Shown: positions 11,785 to 24,431 of the stretch, piece after piece
Position numbering within the stretch: the first letter of the stretch is position 1
Layout of the letters: each line of letters starts with the position of its first letter
Source: Octopus sinensis
Lineage: Eukaryota
Assembly (NCBI RefSeq): GCF_006345805.1
Contig: NC_042999.1
Location: 64,294,001-64,358,000 of the forward strand
Direction: 5' to 3'
DNA: 64,000 nt
Position numbers and translations under genes: made by a program
Notes under the pieces: generated by a model
The model's input: only the letters and a program-made list of their open reading frames with translations
Database searches by the model: none
What the model was told of the DNA's origin: nothing

Positions 11785-12255
11785 CATCATCCTCATCATC
11801 GTTTAACGTCCGCTTTCCATGCTAGCATTAGTTGGACGATTTGACTGAGGACTGGCGAACCAGATGGCTGCACTAGGCTCCAATCAGTGAATTAAGCTTT
11901 GTCTTTTCCACACCAAGTATTTCATCATCATCATCGTTTAACGTCCGTTTTCCATACTAGCGTGGGTTGGACGGTTCAACCGGGGTCTGGGAAGCCAGGA
12001 CGCTGCACCAGGCTTCAGTCTGATCTGACAGTGTTTCTACAGCTGGATGCTCTTCCTAACGCCTTTTTATGTGCCAGGGAAAGCTGGCAACGGCCACGAT
12101 CGGTTGGTGGTTTTTATGTGCCACTGGCACGGAAGCCTGTCAAGGTGGCGTTGGCATTGACCACGTACGGATGGTGCTTTTTACGTGCCACGGGCACAGG
12201 TGACAGGGGAGACTGGTAACGGCCATGATCGGTTGGTGGTTTTTACATGCCACCT
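11785..12255 (-). mobile_element. Two tandem RTE 3'UTR fragments (subfamilies 1 and 2)
   Basis: (cat)n tails at about 11785 and 11922. Confidence 0.78.
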
Positions 12256-12761
12256 TTTGGAGGTGTCTTCAGCTCTGGTGCTGAGTGGTTTTTTTTTTCA
12301 TGGCCTTTTGTTCTTCGGTTTCTTCGATGCAGTGTTTATGAATGTTATTGGGTGAGTGACCACCCTGCCAATTTGTTCCAATCCATTACATACTGAATTC
12401 AATCCCCAACAGGGTTAACATTATCCTTGTCCCTCAGGGGTAGATAAAATAAAGCACCACACAAATACTGAGGTCACTGCAACTGACTGACCTTCTCTCC
12501 TCCAAACAACTTGTAACTTGTAATGACAATACCATCTTTTATTCAGACACAGTCTATCAAGGGCTATATTATTCAATGTATTCTTCCTTTTTGAAATGGT
12601 AGGGTGTGATTTGTGGGAGATGCAGTTGCTATTTCTAGTAGCTCAATTACGAATGAGGAGGTATGCAAACTGTGTTGCCACTGAGCCAGATAGATATAAC
12701 TCTTCTCGCTCTAATTTTCCTGACTGAATGACCTCCACTTCCTTTATTTAACTGTAAATCA

Positions 12762-13128
12762 TCTCTCTATATATAAGCGTCAAAATGTCTGTCTGTGTGT
12801 GCGTCCTTTATACAAATAATTTTTCAGTTAGAGGGCTCGCACTTTCTATGGTCATTCAAAGCCGTCCAAGGGTGGTCATGCACATCTTTACATTTCCCCA
12901 GTCATCCTGCAAAGCCATTAAAAAAATTAATAGAAGTGACATTTTTGTGAATTTTCTATCTAAAACCCAATCAAAATGCCCGAAACTTGATACGCTAATT
13001 GAATGCCAGCTAGCTGTATGTGATTGGTCGGAGATTTGGACAGTACTTGCGTGTATGTGCGCACGCACGCAGCTGAATATATGCATGCACTAGCACTATG
13101 ACCCGGTGTTGCCAGGTCATAGTGCTAG
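12762..13128 (+). mobile_element. Non-autonomous Helitron, family H1
   Basis: A|TC 5' end, 3' hairpin, CTAG|T end; near-identical to two other copies. Confidence 0.85.
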
Positions 13129-13348
13129 TCATACTTATTTTGCATACATTTTTCCATGTGTATGCATGGATTGAAGGGGAAGGGGAGAGTCTTCTTCAGT
13201 AGAGCATCTCACTGCTTATTGTGGTCCTTTGTCATCTTCGAAAGGTATCCTTGATATCAGCTTTCAACACTTTTAAAAAAAATCAAAAATATAAAATATA
13301 AAAGGGAGTTTAAAAAATGTAAACAGAAGAGAGGAAGCAGATACTTAC

Positions 13349-13423
13349 AGCATGGGAACCTGATTGCTTGAACATGAGTTGTAATTCAAGCCAGGAGACA
13401 CGTAATGACCACTGGTCAAGAGT
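13349..13423 (-). CDS. MED12: MED12 exon (75 nt)
   Basis: TLDQWSLRVSWLELQLMFKQSGSHA; tttcag / gtaagt. Confidence 0.94.
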
Positions 13424-14479
13424 CTGAAACAAAAGCAGAATTTATAACCACAAAAAGAAAAAAATAAAGAAAAAAAAAACACATTCCAGTAAAACTACAA
13501 CAATTTCAATGATGAGGTTTAATGAGGCAGAAATATGTTCAGAGTTGTCACTGCACTTCTAAAAACCAGACTCCTTTCTTTCTGCATTTTATTATAATTA
13601 AATTAAATTTCTGTTATCTTGCCCTCACCCTGTTACCTTTTTTTAAAAATTACAGTTCTGAACAGGTTTCTGCAAAAGTTAGTCATTTAGATAATTGTTG
13701 TCAGCATTAAGATTGGTTGTTGATTCATTCATTTAATGTTTCTTTTTTTTTTATGCTGACATGGGTTGGATGAAAACTTATTCAGACAATATTTTACAGT
13801 TGGATTCCCTTTCTGTTGCCAACATCCACTAGTACCAGTGAATAAGTAGAGGCAACATAGGACAGGGAGAATTCTGTAGTCTTGCTAGGTAGGGGAAAAA
13901 AATCCCTCTAATGACTGAATCATGATAAAATGCGCCTAGAACACTCAGTAAAGCTGGTGATAGGAAGGGCACCCAGCCATAGAATGGCGAAAACACAACA
14001 TGGTCCTCAACTGGTTTAAGAAGCAGTAACTTCAAATATGATTTGACCTGGATCATAATGACCCAGCCAATCCATGCCAGCATGAAACAGGGAATATAAA
14101 ATGATGATCAATGTCTATCAGTAGACGATATACATATCAGTGACAAAAATGACTAACTACAGAATGGTGTTCAGTTTTCTCATATTTCTTTGTCAGTCTT
14201 GCAACTAAAACTTCAGTGAAACATCAATTGGCCCTTACAAAGCTTTAATCAATAACATAAGCCATATGATAGCATCATCATTTAGCATCCGTATTGCATA
14301 CTTGCATGGGTTGGATGGTTTGACAGGATCCAACAGGTCAGGTGGACTATGTTCAGCTCCAATGTCTGTCTTGAAATGGTTTCTATGGCTGGCTGCCCTT
14401 CGTAACATCAACCACTTTAAGAGTGTAGTGAGTGCTTTTTTATGTCATAAATAAATTAGTGTATTGTATGGATCAAGAT

Positions 14480-14790
14480 GGTAGAACACGATTTGCTAGT
14501 TCAGAGGTGTTGAGGTTGTTGTGGTAATAGAAAAAAAAAAACAGAAGTTACCGCACCTCTGAAGGTCAGTGGTTCAAACGTGTTGCAACGTATGAGTCAA
14601 ATACCTTTCTTTTCAATAAAGTCTAGGATATTTGTGTCAGTTGCAGAAACAACACTATCTCAGATGTAGGAGTAATACTCCAAATTAAGTCTTACTTGAC
14701 TTGGTAAAGGGTCAGCATGCGATCTGAGTTCAAGTATTTTCTAGCTCCAAAAGAAGAAACCGAGTGTTCGGGAGTTTCGTGAAGATAACA
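14480..14790 (-). mobile_element. Decayed LINE ORF2 remnant (CR1/Jockey-like)
   Basis: SQVRLNLEYYSYI*DSV..NILDFIEKKGI*LIR resembles the VRP.LEY.S.IW..LD.IQ.KA.RLI motif. Confidence 0.55.
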
Positions 14791-14792
14791 TG

Positions 14793-15047
14793 CATCATCA
14801 TCATCATCATTGTTTAACGTCTGTTTTCCATGCCAGCATGGGTTCGACGGTTCGACCGGGGTCTGGGAAGCCAGGAGGCTGCACCAGGCTCCAGTCTGAT
14901 CTGGCAGAGTTTCTACAGCTGGATGCCCTTCCTAACGCCAACCACTCCGTAAGTGTAGTGGATGCTTTTTACGCGCCACTGGCACAGGTGCCAGGGTAGG
15001 CTGGCAACAGCCACGATCGGTTGGTGCTTTTTACATGTCACCGGCAG
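14793..15047 (-). mobile_element. RTE 3'UTR fragment (subfamily 2)
   Basis: ggttcgaccggggtctgggaagccaggaggctgcacc variant. Confidence 0.8.
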
Positions 15048-15269
15048 AATTTAATTTCATTGGAGTAATTAGTTTTGTTGTTGTTGTTGTAGCTACTTTA
15101 GTCTGTGTCTTTTGTGTTATTGACACCAAATGGGAAAGACAGAAATTATATAATTGTGTTATGGCTGTATCAAATAATTGTATCAAATAGGCTGCTGCAG
15201 TGTGTAGGTGTCAATAGTTGTTAAGGGAGGCTATTGGAGTGGAATATATAACTTTAACGACATACTGAC

Positions 15270-15371
15270 CTGTAAAATTCGATTGATGACCTGCTTATTA
15301 TCTGGTTCAGTTCCTTCAGCTTGGTTTGGTATACCATTTGGGTAACAAATCATTTGAAGCAATTGGAGGGC
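15270..15371 (-). CDS. MED12: MED12 exon (102 nt)
   Basis: ALQLLQMICYPNGIPNQAEGTEPDNKQVINRILQ; ctgtag / gtcagt. Confidence 0.94.
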
Positions 15372-15429
15372 CTACAGTAAAGAATTAAACAAATACCACA
15401 TAAACTCCAGTAATTAAGGCATCACTAAC

Positions 15430-16270
15430 AGAGAGACTGTCACAGCTAAACAGATACAATGCCACAGCTATATTGACACAATGTTACAGCTGTATTGATA
15501 CACATATTGTCAAAGCTATACTGACATACATGTCACGGATGTACTGAAACACAAATGTCACAGTTGTATGTATGCACTTGCTGTTGTACTTGTGCTGACA
15601 CATATTTTACAGCTGTAACACAGGAGACTGCATGAAGCAGGAAGGAGACACCGTCAATCCCCTGAGGCTGTTGTTTGGGGTCTCTTTCAGCGCCCTCAGT
15701 ATCACAGGATGTCTATCTCGTACCGATCTTGTCAGCCACATCTCATCAGAAGAAATGTGCTAGAGGCAGAGGAGAATGAATGTCTTAGATTGATAGTCAT
15801 TATTTTTGCTGTGCCATCATAAGCACTGGTATGCAACATCACAGCTGTATTGACATGCATAAAGCCACAACTGTATAAACACAGAGAATGTCATACCTGC
15901 ATAGGGCCTACTGTACTCACATAGAATCTCTCAGTTGCACAGGAGAGGAAGGGTCACCACTGTACCAATTTCTTTACTACCCACAAGGGGCTAAACACAG
16001 AGAGGACAAATAAGGACAGACAAACGGATTAAGTCGATTATATCGACCCCAGTGTGTAACTGGTACTTATTTAATCAACCTCGAAAGGATGAAAGGCAAA
16101 GTTGACCTCGGCGATATTTCAATTCAGAACGTAGCAGCAGACGAAATACCGCTCAGTATTTCGCCTGGCTTGCTAACGTCTCTGTACCGACACATAAAAT
16201 ACCACAGCTATACAAGGTGGGATGCATTATCACTGTTCTGATACACACTACATCACAGCTGTACTGGTGG
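15430..16270. repeat. About 22-24-bp minisatellite (tgtcacagctgtactgacacac), interrupted
   Basis: Degenerate units at 15430-15620, 15830-15960 and 16185-16270. Confidence 0.65.
15969..16183 (-). mobile_element. SINE family C
   Basis: Reverse complement of 4990-5221. Confidence 0.82.
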
Positions 16271-16380
16271 AATGGGTCACGTCTCTAAGCAGGGCTATGT
16301 ATCTTATATCTTTATCTTTGTCCCTGTATTGTGCTCTGCCATTGACTCAGCTAACAACTTTTCAGCTTATTTAGGTTTAA

Positions 16381-16606
16381 CCCTTTAGTGTTTAAACCGG
16401 CCATATCAGACCAAAATTGTCTTCCTGTTTTATTCTCAAACCAGCCAGCCAGCCAGCTCTGACCTCTCACACCTACCCTACAAAGTCATTCTAAAAATAA
16501 ACAGGGACATCATCAACATCCCAGAGTTACAAGATGCTGTACAATTAATTTAAAATAATGTAATTAAACAGGCTTTACATTTGACAGTAATCTGAATGCT
16601 AAAGGG
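16381..16606. mobile_element. piggyBac-type MITE family P1
   Basis: TTAA|CCCTTTAG...CTAAAGGG|TTAA. Confidence 0.82.
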
Positions 16607-17432
16607 TTAAGTTAGGGACCTGAGTGAAATGGTTCATCAATGTAATCAGCAGGACAACTGTAAAACCAGTATTTCATTAGATGAGAGTGCTGAGTTTGTG
16701 TCCCCTAATAGCCTTGAGTCATGATAGAAGTACTGACAAAATGGTCCTCTCTAATTTCAAGTTTCCAAAGAGCCATAGATGAAACAAAACATATTTTGCT
16801 CTTCATTCATTTCGGCTTACATCCATTGTACCATGCTTGCCTGGGTTAGACACTGTTTTACAACTGGATGCCCTTTTTGTTGCTAACCTTCAAGTAAGGG
16901 AACTTTTAGTTCACACATCTACAAAGGGATTGATGTGAGCAGAAAATTCTTAACAAAAAACATGAGAACAACACTTCTTGTAGCAACTGTCATAGAGAGC
17001 AAATACAGAAAACACACAAACAAACATACATACATGGACACACACACACATGAGGCTTCTTTCAGTTTTCAGTCATAAGACTTTGGTTAACTGTAGTAAA
17101 AAAAAAACATTTCCCCAAAATGCTGCCAGATGGCACTGACCTCAAAACCATGTGGTTGAGAAGCAAACATCTTAACTACCATGTGTGTGCGCGTGCATGT
17201 GTGTGTGTATGTGCATGCACACACACAAGTGTATGCATGTGTCAATGTGTGCAAAAACTATGTTTATGCATCCTGTTGCAAAGAAGCATCCTTTCAACCA
17301 AAAATATAGGAGACTGATCAAGAAAAATAAGTGGCAATCTATAAGTATGGTGAATTGATATTATTGACTGAATCCCTTGAAGATGATACCCCAACAAGGC
17401 AATGGTCCGAAGATGAAAACCAATAGATCTTT

Positions 17433-18041
17433 ATCATCATCATTATTGTTTAATGTCCGCTTTCCATGCTAGCATGGGTTGGACAATTTGAGTGAGGACT
17501 GGCGAGCCAGATGGCCACACCAGGCTCCAATCTTGATTCGGCAGAGTTTCTACAGCTGGATGCCCTTCCTAACGCCAACCACTTCAAGAGTGTAGTGGGT
17601 GCTTTTATGTGCCACCGGCACGAGGGCCAGTCAGGCCACGCTGAAGTGGTGTTTTTTACGTGCCACCTGCACAGGAGCCAGGTCCAGCAGCACTGGCAAT
17701 GACCTCACTTGAATGTTTTTCACATGCCACCAACACAAGTGCCAGTAAGGCGACACTGGTAACGATCACGTTTGAATGATGCTTTTTACGTGCTACGGGC
17801 ACAGAAGCCAGTCAGCTGCTCTGGCAGCAATCACACTCAGATGGTGCTCTTAGTGCTCCACTGGCACGGGTGCCAGTCATAGAATTTGTGAATTTGATTT
17901 CGATTTCACTTGCCTCAACAGGTCTTCGCATGCAGAGTTTAGCGTCCAATGTAGGAAAGGTATGCATAAGGGGGCTGGTTACACCCCTGGCATAGGCCAC
18001 GGGTTATGGTCCCACTTGGCTTGCCAGGTCTTCTCACGCAC
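17433..18041 (-). mobile_element. RTE LINE 3' end (long copy reaching the last ORF codons)
   Basis: Reverse complement of the 38710-39409 sequence. Confidence 0.85.
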
Positions 18042-18094
18042 TTAATAGTAAAACTGGATTTATTGGAAGAAACAACTCAAAAACAGAGACTTAC

Positions 18095-18266
18095 TTGTTT
18101 ATTTGAAAGTTCTGGATCCATCAGCCGATCTTCACTGAACAAAGCCTGTGGATCTTTAAGGATTTTCTCTCGGACCCATTTCTGACAGCACATTTCTTTC
18201 AGTGAATGTTTCGCAAAGTCACTGAGTCCGGCACTTTCAATTCTCTTATTTGATTCTGATGACCCT
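18095..18266 (-). CDS. MED12: MED12 exon (172 nt)
   Basis: GSSESNKRIESAGLSDFAKHSLKEMCCQKWVREKILKDPQALFSEDRLMDPELSNKQ; atacag / gtaagt. Confidence 0.93.
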
Positions 18267-18360
18267 CTGTATCAATGAGAAACAAACAGTACTTATATGT
18301 ATGCTTGCAGGAATATTCATCTGTAACAACTAATGACTGCTTTAAATAAGGAATAAATTA

Positions 18361-18404
<44 letters not shown>

Positions 18405-18476
18405 AATATTTATACACCAGTGCTGGTGGTACGTAAAAGAACCATCCGAATGTGGCCGTATGTATATATATATATC

Positions 18477-18915
18477 TCATCATCATCATTTAACATCCGC
18501 TTTCCATGCTAGCATGGGTTGGACGATTTGATTGAAGACTGGTGAACCAGATGGCTGTGCCAGGCTCCAATCTGATCTGGCAGAGTTTCTACAGCTGGAT
18601 ACCCTTCCTAACACCAACCACTCCGAGAGTATAGTGGGTGCTTTTATGTGCCACCAACATGAGGTCCAGTGAGGCGGTACTGGCAATGGCCAGTCAAATG
18701 GTGTTTTTTTACATGCCACCTGCATAGGAGCCAGTCCAGCGGCAACAACCTTGCTCAAATATTTTTTCACATGCCACTGGCAAAAGTGCCAGTAAGGCAA
18801 CGCTGGTAACAATCATGCTTGAATCGTGCTTTTTACACGCCACTGGCACAGAAGCCAGTCAGCTGCTCTGGCAACAGTCACGCTTGGATGGTGCTCTTAG
18901 CACTCCACTAGCACT
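18477..18915 (-). mobile_element. RTE 3'UTR fragment
   Basis: (cat)n tail + modular subrepeats. Confidence 0.8.
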
Positions 18916-18922
18916 GATGACA

Positions 18923-18955
<33 letters not shown>

Positions 18956-19882
18956 GTACAAAGTAAGATAGGGGTTATGATTATTAATATTTTTAAAGTT
19001 AATTATAACCTCTGACAAGGCCTATGGTTCTTTTAACATATAAGTATTATATTTTTTAAATGCCTACAACCTTAGTATGTTGACATCTATAGGCAATGAA
19101 AATTAGATTCACTTTTGACCATAGTTTGAAACAGCTGTAAGAAGTAATTTTTAGTATTTCATTAATTTATAATGACTTTTAAAATCTATATTTGTATTAT
19201 TCTCTTATCTATTGATTTATATAATATTTCTGTATGCTTTTGATGTTCTCATTTGTAAATTGAATGAATAATCCAACATTTTAATATCCGTAAGTTGATG
19301 AACAAACCAAATTTGTTTCTCCATTTTCTTATTTGTATTATATATATATATATATATATATACATACATATTAAATATATACATGTGTGATTGTGCATAT
19401 GTATATATGTATGTGTGTGCATAGGTGCATGTAAAATGAAGACCTGCATATGCTGTCATTGTTGAAAAGTATTACTTAAAAATATTATTTTAGAACATTG
19501 CTTGAACAGCAATACACTTTCATGACTGTGATTGTATGGAGTTTATGAGATTTACAATATCATGAAAACTAGAGATGTAATCAAAAGTATTAGCTTGAAG
19601 CAGCCATTTTTGCACAAAGGTTTTTAAATGAAAAGACATAAGGGTAAGCATTTCCTTCAATCTTTTATTCCATATTTCAAAAACTATTTAGACAGTGAGT
19701 ATTCAAAAGAAAACCAGGTCTGCTTTATCAGCTGATGATCAGAAACAAGCAACTTTTGGTACTGGAAGTTGAGCATTTCAGTTATAATGTATTAAAGGAT
19801 ACTCCGCATTTGTATTGAGTCCTGTAATTTATTATTTCTAGTTACTCAACAGAGATTTATATATATTTATATATATATATAA

Positions 19883-20018
19883 ATTAGAAAAAGAACACCT
19901 TTTATCAATTCAAAATGAACAATTAAATTACACCATCTAGAAAATTATTATATGTAATTTTCTAGATGGTGTAATTTAACTGTTCATTTTGAATTGATAA
20001 AAAGTGTTTTTTTTCTAA

Positions 20019-20019
<1 letters not shown>
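19883..20019. repeat. About 65-bp inverted repeat with 7-nt loop between (TA)n runs
   Basis: ..acaccatctagaaaatta-ttatatg-taattttctagatggtgt.. Confidence 0.9.
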
Positions 20020-20068
<49 letters not shown>

Positions 20069-20842
20069 TTTGTGAAATTTGATTTAGTATTTCTAAATTG
20101 AATTTTTCCCTGTAAGTTAGGAATAATATTCACTCAAATAATTATTATATATATATATATGCTAGCATGGAAAGCAGACGCTAAACGATGATGATGATGA
20201 TGATATATCCATCTGCGTATCAAACTTAATGCAAGTACATTGTGAAAAGACAAATTAACTGCAGTATTTATTTAGGATCCATAGATGGCTGTTTTAAACT
20301 AAAGCTAATTCTGTTGCACATCAGAGATTTTTATTCAACCAAATGGCTAATTGTAACACTAGCCCTTTTAGTCACCTCTCAGACCATGAAGGGATCAGTG
20401 TACCTATTCTAAAGTCAGAATATAATCTTTGATGGCATAAAAGACACTTTTTCTCTCAAAACAAATATCACAGAAAAATCACTCTAGGTCCTATTTGAGC
20501 AACTGGATTTGTATTACATGCTTTAATGCACTAAAACCATTTCTCATGAACATGGCTAATCTACAATACTCCGTAAGGAGCATTGGGACATTTTCTTGAT
20601 TTTCCTGGTGTATATATTCATTCCTGGACTGGACACTGGTCTGTTGCAGCAATACTCATTTTTACCAGTTGAATGAACAACAAAGAAAATGAAGTGTTTC
20701 GCTCAAGAACACATGTCGCTTGGTGCAGGAATCAAAACCGCAATCTTATAATCATGTGTCCAAAACCCTAACCCGCCAACCCTCCACTTTTCTTGAATGT
20801 GCACTGTGAAAATTGGGGTACATCTAATATGCCTGTGTCTTT

Positions 20843-20880
<38 letters not shown>

Positions 20881-21244
20881 AATTATTGTATACAGTGCTC
20901 AGGTGCACCACAACTTGTCAAAAGTTCGTATAAAGCATATGCAGTAACTTACAAATGTCTGGGAAGTGAACAGTGTATGAGTCAGATACATGCTTGCATG
21001 TGTATGGAGGGGAGAAAATCAGGTGTAGTGTTGGTGAATCTCAGGAAGCATGGCCCCCAAAATACAGTACATATAGTAAATCTTTGACCTTCTTAAATTA
21101 CAGAATTTGACTGAGTGATGACAGAAACTAGTTAAATCTTCAGCAATTGCATATGATAATAGATATTAGATATATGCATTAATTTGAAACCTAAAAAATC
21201 CTTGGCAGTTTACACAAGAGAATTTCATATATTCTTAAACTCAC

Positions 21245-21401
21245 CCAAGAACCAAATCTAATTCCATGTCATCATCGTTTAAGTTACCCAGTATATTTTC
21301 AATGATATCACCAGTCTTCTGTCCAGCAGAATTGCTGGGAATTGAACCACTGTTATTACATACTCCTGCTTTAGCTTTGGATTCATCATTACATGAGTCC
21401 C
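21245..21401 (-). CDS. MED12: MED12 exon (157 nt, poorly conserved linker)
   Basis: DSCNDESKAKAGVCNNSGSIPSNSAGQKTGDIIENILGNLNDDDMELDLVL; ccttgcag / gtgagt; bridges phase 1 to 2. Confidence 0.85.
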
Positions 21402-22085
21402 CTGCAAGGAAATACATTAATCATTAATCATCAATCAACAATCTTCCAGAATATTTGAAATAAAAACAATACAAAAACTGTTGTATCTGCCACACTATAA
21501 TCAATCCAATTCTGCCGATCCATCCTCTTTGAGAAATATGTTAAAATAAAAGGCAAAAACACAACACAATTCTGAAATAAACATGTTAGTTTTGACGTAG
21601 CAGACTTTGGATCAAAGTTTCAACAAACATGACTATCCCCTATTGTATTCAGATACAATACCACCTAGAACTACAAAATCCAATGTTTCTTTCCTATCTT
21701 TGAAGACAGTAGGATGTCTTAGGAAGGGCATTTGGCTGCTATTTCTAGCAAGTTGAGTGACCCTGTCAGGCTCTCTCGTTGGATCATTTTGATAATGTTT
21801 TCTTATATGACTGAACAGATATGTAAGACAACCTGTTTGTATACCATGAAGGAGATTTGGCTGTTAGTCCAAGCAGGTTGAGTAACCAAAGAGAGGCTCT
21901 CTCATTGGAACACCTAGCTACTGTGTCTCGTATGACTGAAGAGATTTGACAACTTATCTCAATGGTATGAGGAAGATCTGACTGCTATTTCTGACAGATT
22001 GAGCAACCACATAAATTCTCCTTTGTTGTTTCAGCTAAAAAAAAAAAAAAATGAACAAAGAAAATAAAAATATAAATGAACAAAA

Positions 22086-22523
22086 CACAGGTGTGGCTGT
22101 GTGGTAAGAAGCTTGCTTCCCAACAACATAGTTCCAGGTTCAGTCCCACTGCATGGCACCTTAAGCAAGTGTCTTCTATAGCTTCAGGCTGACCAAAGCC
22201 TTGTGAGTGGATTTCATAGATGAACAGTGAATGAACACTGAAAGAAGCCCGTCATATATATGTGTGTATGTATATATCGATGCTTTTTATCAAGGAATCT
22301 AATGCTCTTAGCTTAGTTTTTCCTTGGGGCTGGCCAGATTGGAGCAATCTCAAGATTAATCAGCCGAAATTGAGAGGATGATCTGGTTCTTGACTGAGGA
22401 TAAAAGGGTTCGAATGACCTGTCCTTGTTTTTTTGTATCGTCTATCTGGATGTTTTGGTGTCCCTTTTTGTATTACCTAGATGTCCGGATGTTTTGCATT
22501 CTTGTCCAATTTGTATTATATAT

Positions 22524-22595
<72 letters not shown>

Positions 22596-22647
22596 CCCCA
22601 TTTTGTATTATATATATATATGTGTGTGTGTGTGTATGTCCATTTTG

Positions 22648-22690
<43 letters not shown>

Positions 22691-22935
22691 TAAAAATGTG
22701 TGTCTTTGTGTCTGTGTGTTGTACCCCCACCCACCACCACTTGACAACTGGTGCTGGTCTATGACACCATAACTTAGCAGTTTGGCAAAAGAGACCAATA
22801 GAATATCAGACTTTAAAAAAGACTAAATACTGGGGTTGATTCATTCGACTTTTTTAGTTGAATATATCGAGCTCTCTATTTATTTCTTCAGGGCGGTGCC
22901 CCAGCATAGCCACAGTCAAATAACTAAAACAAGTA
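22086..22935 (+). mobile_element. SINE family B with a nested insert in its microsatellite
   Basis: Head 22086-22255, tail 22700-22935. Confidence 0.75.
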
Positions 22936-22983
22936 AAAACATAAAAAAAAAAGAAAGGAAACAAGAATGAAATGTATAATTAC

Positions 22984-23199
22984 TGAGGTAGAGCATTCCC
23001 TTGAGTACACCAAGGACAGGTTCTACAGTCAGACTGTCGTGAGTAGCTGCTAGCAAATGTCTATCACAGGAGGCTTTTACCCCACAGCCAGTACGGCAGT
23101 TGAGGTTATGGAAGCCAGGGTGGTTTGTTGTCTTGAACAATCTCAGCAGTAAATGGCATGTCAGGCGAGCACCAGATTCTGCATCCTGTGCACCTAACA
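22984..23199 (-). CDS. MED12: MED12 exon (216 nt; alternative in-frame acceptor would end at 23193)
   Basis: LGAQDAESGARLTCHLLLRLFKT..GVKASCDRHLLAATHDSLTVEPVLGVLKGMLYL; tttcag / gtaatt. Confidence 0.92.
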
Positions 23200-23719
23200 C
23201 TGAAAGAATTAAAAAGAGAAAATATAAATAACAAATTAATAACAAAGTCATTACATTCACACACGTCAGACACTCAAAGATAATTTTATAAGAAATAATA
23301 CTCCTTCTATGACTTTCTAATAGTCTGCTGTACTTTTCATTTGGACATTGTGTGCTGATCGATTGAGGAAGCTTAATCTGCAACCGATAAATCTTGCATG
23401 TGTAATAGTATTAATATAGCAAATAACTATAGGTATGGGCATAGCTGTGTGGTTAAGAAGTTTGCTTTCCAACCCACATGGTTCTGGGTTCATTCCCAAT
23501 GTGTGACATGTTGGATAATTGTCTTCTACTACAGCCATGGGCCAACCAAAGCCTTGTGAGTGGATTTGGTAAATGGAAACTGAATGAAGCCTGTCATATA
23601 ATATATATAAATAATACATACATATACAGAACAACATCCAGATATACATACATAAAATACATATATACATACAACATCCATATATACATACATAAAATAC
23701 ATATATACATACAACATCC

Positions 23720-23766
<47 letters not shown>

Positions 23767-24098
23767 GTGAGTGTATGTTTGTGACCCCCTTGTCTTGACA
23801 TCACATGAGAGTTGTAAATGAATGTTCACTACCATGGAGTAATATTACCTAACATGGAAACTGTTGATGGTTGGCAAGAGAAAGAGCATCCAACTGTAGA
23901 CAATTCACCACAACAAATTCCGTCCAACTCAAGATGTTAAAACTATGATGCTGAGGAAATGTGGATGCCCTTGCTAACATCAACCACCCAGCAGAGTGCC
24001 TTTTACAGATGATGATCATAGATACAGCCAGAACTGTTCAATTGTGCTGAAGTAGGCATGCAGGAAATAAGAGAAGGCCCAGTGAATCGGTAACTTAC

Positions 24099-24228
24099 TT
24101 GATGGACAAGCTGCCATCAAGGAAGGCAATGCGACACGAGCTATAAAGTTCTGCAGAGTAAAACAATGACGAGCCAGAAGAATTGCTGTAAACACTGCCA
24201 GGGAATCATGGATAGACAAATCTCCAAC
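24099..24228 (-). CDS. MED12: MED12 exon (130 nt)
   Basis: [43 protein letters not shown]; ctctag / gtaagt. Confidence 0.95.
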
Positions 24229-24431
24229 CTAGAGAGGAACAAAACCAAAAGAAGTAGATTCACTATTAAGCATTAAATGTTTATAAAGTAAAGTAAACAC
24301 AAGCAAAACAAAGTTAGGAGAAATATAATAAAACTGTTTATAGATATAGACACAGATTTTGGTGGTGGTGCTGCTGTTGATGTTATTTAACCCTAGGTCA
24401 GTCCTGACTGAGTAGATTTATCAAAAGTATT

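Noticed and set aside
19725-19795. CTGATGA followed by a possible stem and GAAG
   Set aside because: No GAAA and no convincing stem I/III; too degenerate to call a hammerhead
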